Assembly: GCA_030704615.1 (NCBI GenBank)
Contig: CM060733.1
Location: 1,984,001-2,048,000 of the forward strand
DNA from: Takakia lepidozioides
Lineage: Eukaryota > Plantae > Bryophyta
Length of the DNA stretch: 64,000 nt
Direction of reading: 5' to 3'
Shown: positions 62,450 through 64,000 of the stretch, in pieces
Layout: each line of letters starts with the position of its first letter
Numbering within the stretch: the stretch's first letter is position 1
Program-made: the position numbers and the translations under genes
The notes under the pieces: model-generated
What the model was told of the DNA's origin: nothing
Database searches by the model: none
What the model saw: only the letters and a program-made list of their open reading frames with translations

Positions 62450-64000
62450 CCCCCCTGAGGTGTTTTAACTGTCGAACTCTAACTGGAATCCTCTGGGGCA
62501 TACAATGTGGTTCCACCATGTCTGGAAGTTTAATCTGTAAAACTTGTTGTAAGCGCTGAATTGCAAAATTGGTGAAGACCCTGAACTCCTTGTCTGTCCA
62601 AGTGAGTGGTGTACCAATGACTTATGAATTGTGCAAGTTTTTCCATGCCTCATGGCCCTTAAAGAAAATATCGTCAGGCCCAAATTTCTGTGTTGACAAA
62701 TTGTTCCAGGCCGCATGAAACCATGAACGAATTTGATAATCCTTTTGCATCATAACTTTTGCTTCATATAGGTACATATGAGGTGGCACTGCAGGTAAGA
62801 TCCAATGATCCCCACTGGAATAACTTAGAAAGCGCGATTGCATCTTCTGCTGTTCAATATGATAACGTGCCAAAAAACAAGCAGCGTAGTATAGGCCACA
62901 GCCCATGACAATACTTGCTACCTCCTTGGTCTTGGTATAAATGAATCCATGTACAACTTGGAAGGCAATTAATTCCTTCAACATGGTACTTGCCTCATGC
63001 CAGTATCTTGCAAAGTGATGATCCTCAATTGGTCGATTGTTCGGAAGAACCTTAGTCCTAGTTGCCATTGGCAGCCAAATACGCATGATCTGATAGTAAT
63101 GTGCCAACGACTGTGGAGGACTAAATTCCTTCCAAGCCAAATCCAACACAATGGGAATTTGGTTGAAGGGCATAATCATAGCCCGACTGTACTCCCATGC
63201 AGCAGGAGTCTTAGGTGGGTTAAAAGCAGCATCCCCCCATACCTCAGGCTGTGGTGTGGCTGTAGTAACAACAGGGTCAGCTACTGTCACAGTCACTTGT
63301 TGTGGTATTGGTAGCACTGGCCCTTCTACTACTGGCATCTCCTGCACCCCTTGCAAAGAAGACTGAAAAATTAGAGTTCTGGCTTGTAAATAAGTAGCCA
63401 TCAGCTGCTCCTCAGGTACAAAGACTCTCTTGTCAATATTTGATGTCAGGTCCTCCACTGTGACTGGCTGTGTTGGGCTGTGTCGACTGTGCGAAGCTGT
63501 GACGGCTGTGTCTGACTGTGTCGGCTGTGTCGGACTGTGACGGGCTGTATTGGCTGTGCGAAGCTGTGACGGGTTGTGTTGGCTGTGCAAAGCTGTGACG
63601 GGCTGTGATGGATTGTGTCGGGCTGTGTATCTCCCCCCTAAAGCCTGTTGCTGTCACCCCTAAGGCTCCTGTTGGTCTCAGTCTGTGTAAAAATTAAGGG
63701 TACCCCACAGATCCCGTAAAAGCGTCTAAGTCCCAAGCAGCCCTCTAACAGTTTCTTTCAAGTTTCAATGCACCCTTGGCTATACTAGAAGTCTCCGTTA
63801 CCATATAACCATATGGCAAACAAGTCCGGAAAGTTGTTCTTGGTGTGAGTTTGATCCACAAAATATCCTTTGGAATCCAATTCTCTTTACCAATACAAGC
63901 TCTTCATGCATATGAGTATAAACATTTACCTTCCTTTCCTCCCAGCCTTCAAACTCTACTCGCTTAATGGATAGCAACGCTATCACATAAACCCATGTTG
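62450..64000 (-). mobile_element. Rearranged Athila-like fragments: extra-ORF piece (62450-63460), LTR 5' part (63461-63750), ORF0 piece (63751-64000)
   Basis: Direct homology to 52230-53240, to the LTR start and to 42517-42765. Confidence 0.9.

Overview
This is eukaryotic, transposon-dense DNA, most likely from a land plant and plausibly a bryophyte-grade one. That call is an inference from GT-AG introns, TTTAGGG repeats, a PLS-type PPR remnant, a GNA-type lectin and Gypsy/LINE/CACTA/MULE elements. Positions 1-7.9 kb hold a decayed Mutator-like (MULE) transposase with a GCM/WRKY-like Zn finger. Beside it lies a spliced, decayed accessory gene with a ParB/Srx-like domain (WDGNHR) and a possible degenerate N6/N4-methyltransferase motif, bracketed by two arrays of a 24-bp palindrome (GTGATGGTCG-N4-CGACCATCAC). 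This is the best candidate for an undescribed system. Only two host-type genes look intact: an intronless, bacterial-like TauD dioxygenase (9497-10333, HGT candidate) and a secreted bulb-type mannose-binding lectin (16656-17114). A TIR-bounded non-coding element at 26478-29085 carries telomere-like repeats and a 120-bp satellite. Positions 29-64 kb are a nest of retroelements. A LINE is split by a chromovirus (38674-58531, TSD CCACT), which is split by a near-complete Athila-like Gypsy element (41105-54666, TSD GTCTC). The Athila-like element has an ORF starting inside the LTR, plus a 72-aa ORF coupled by an ATGA overlap to a ~1180-aa extra ORF. Four more partial copies of this family lie in the window. 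All protein family calls come from motif recognition by eye; no searches were run.
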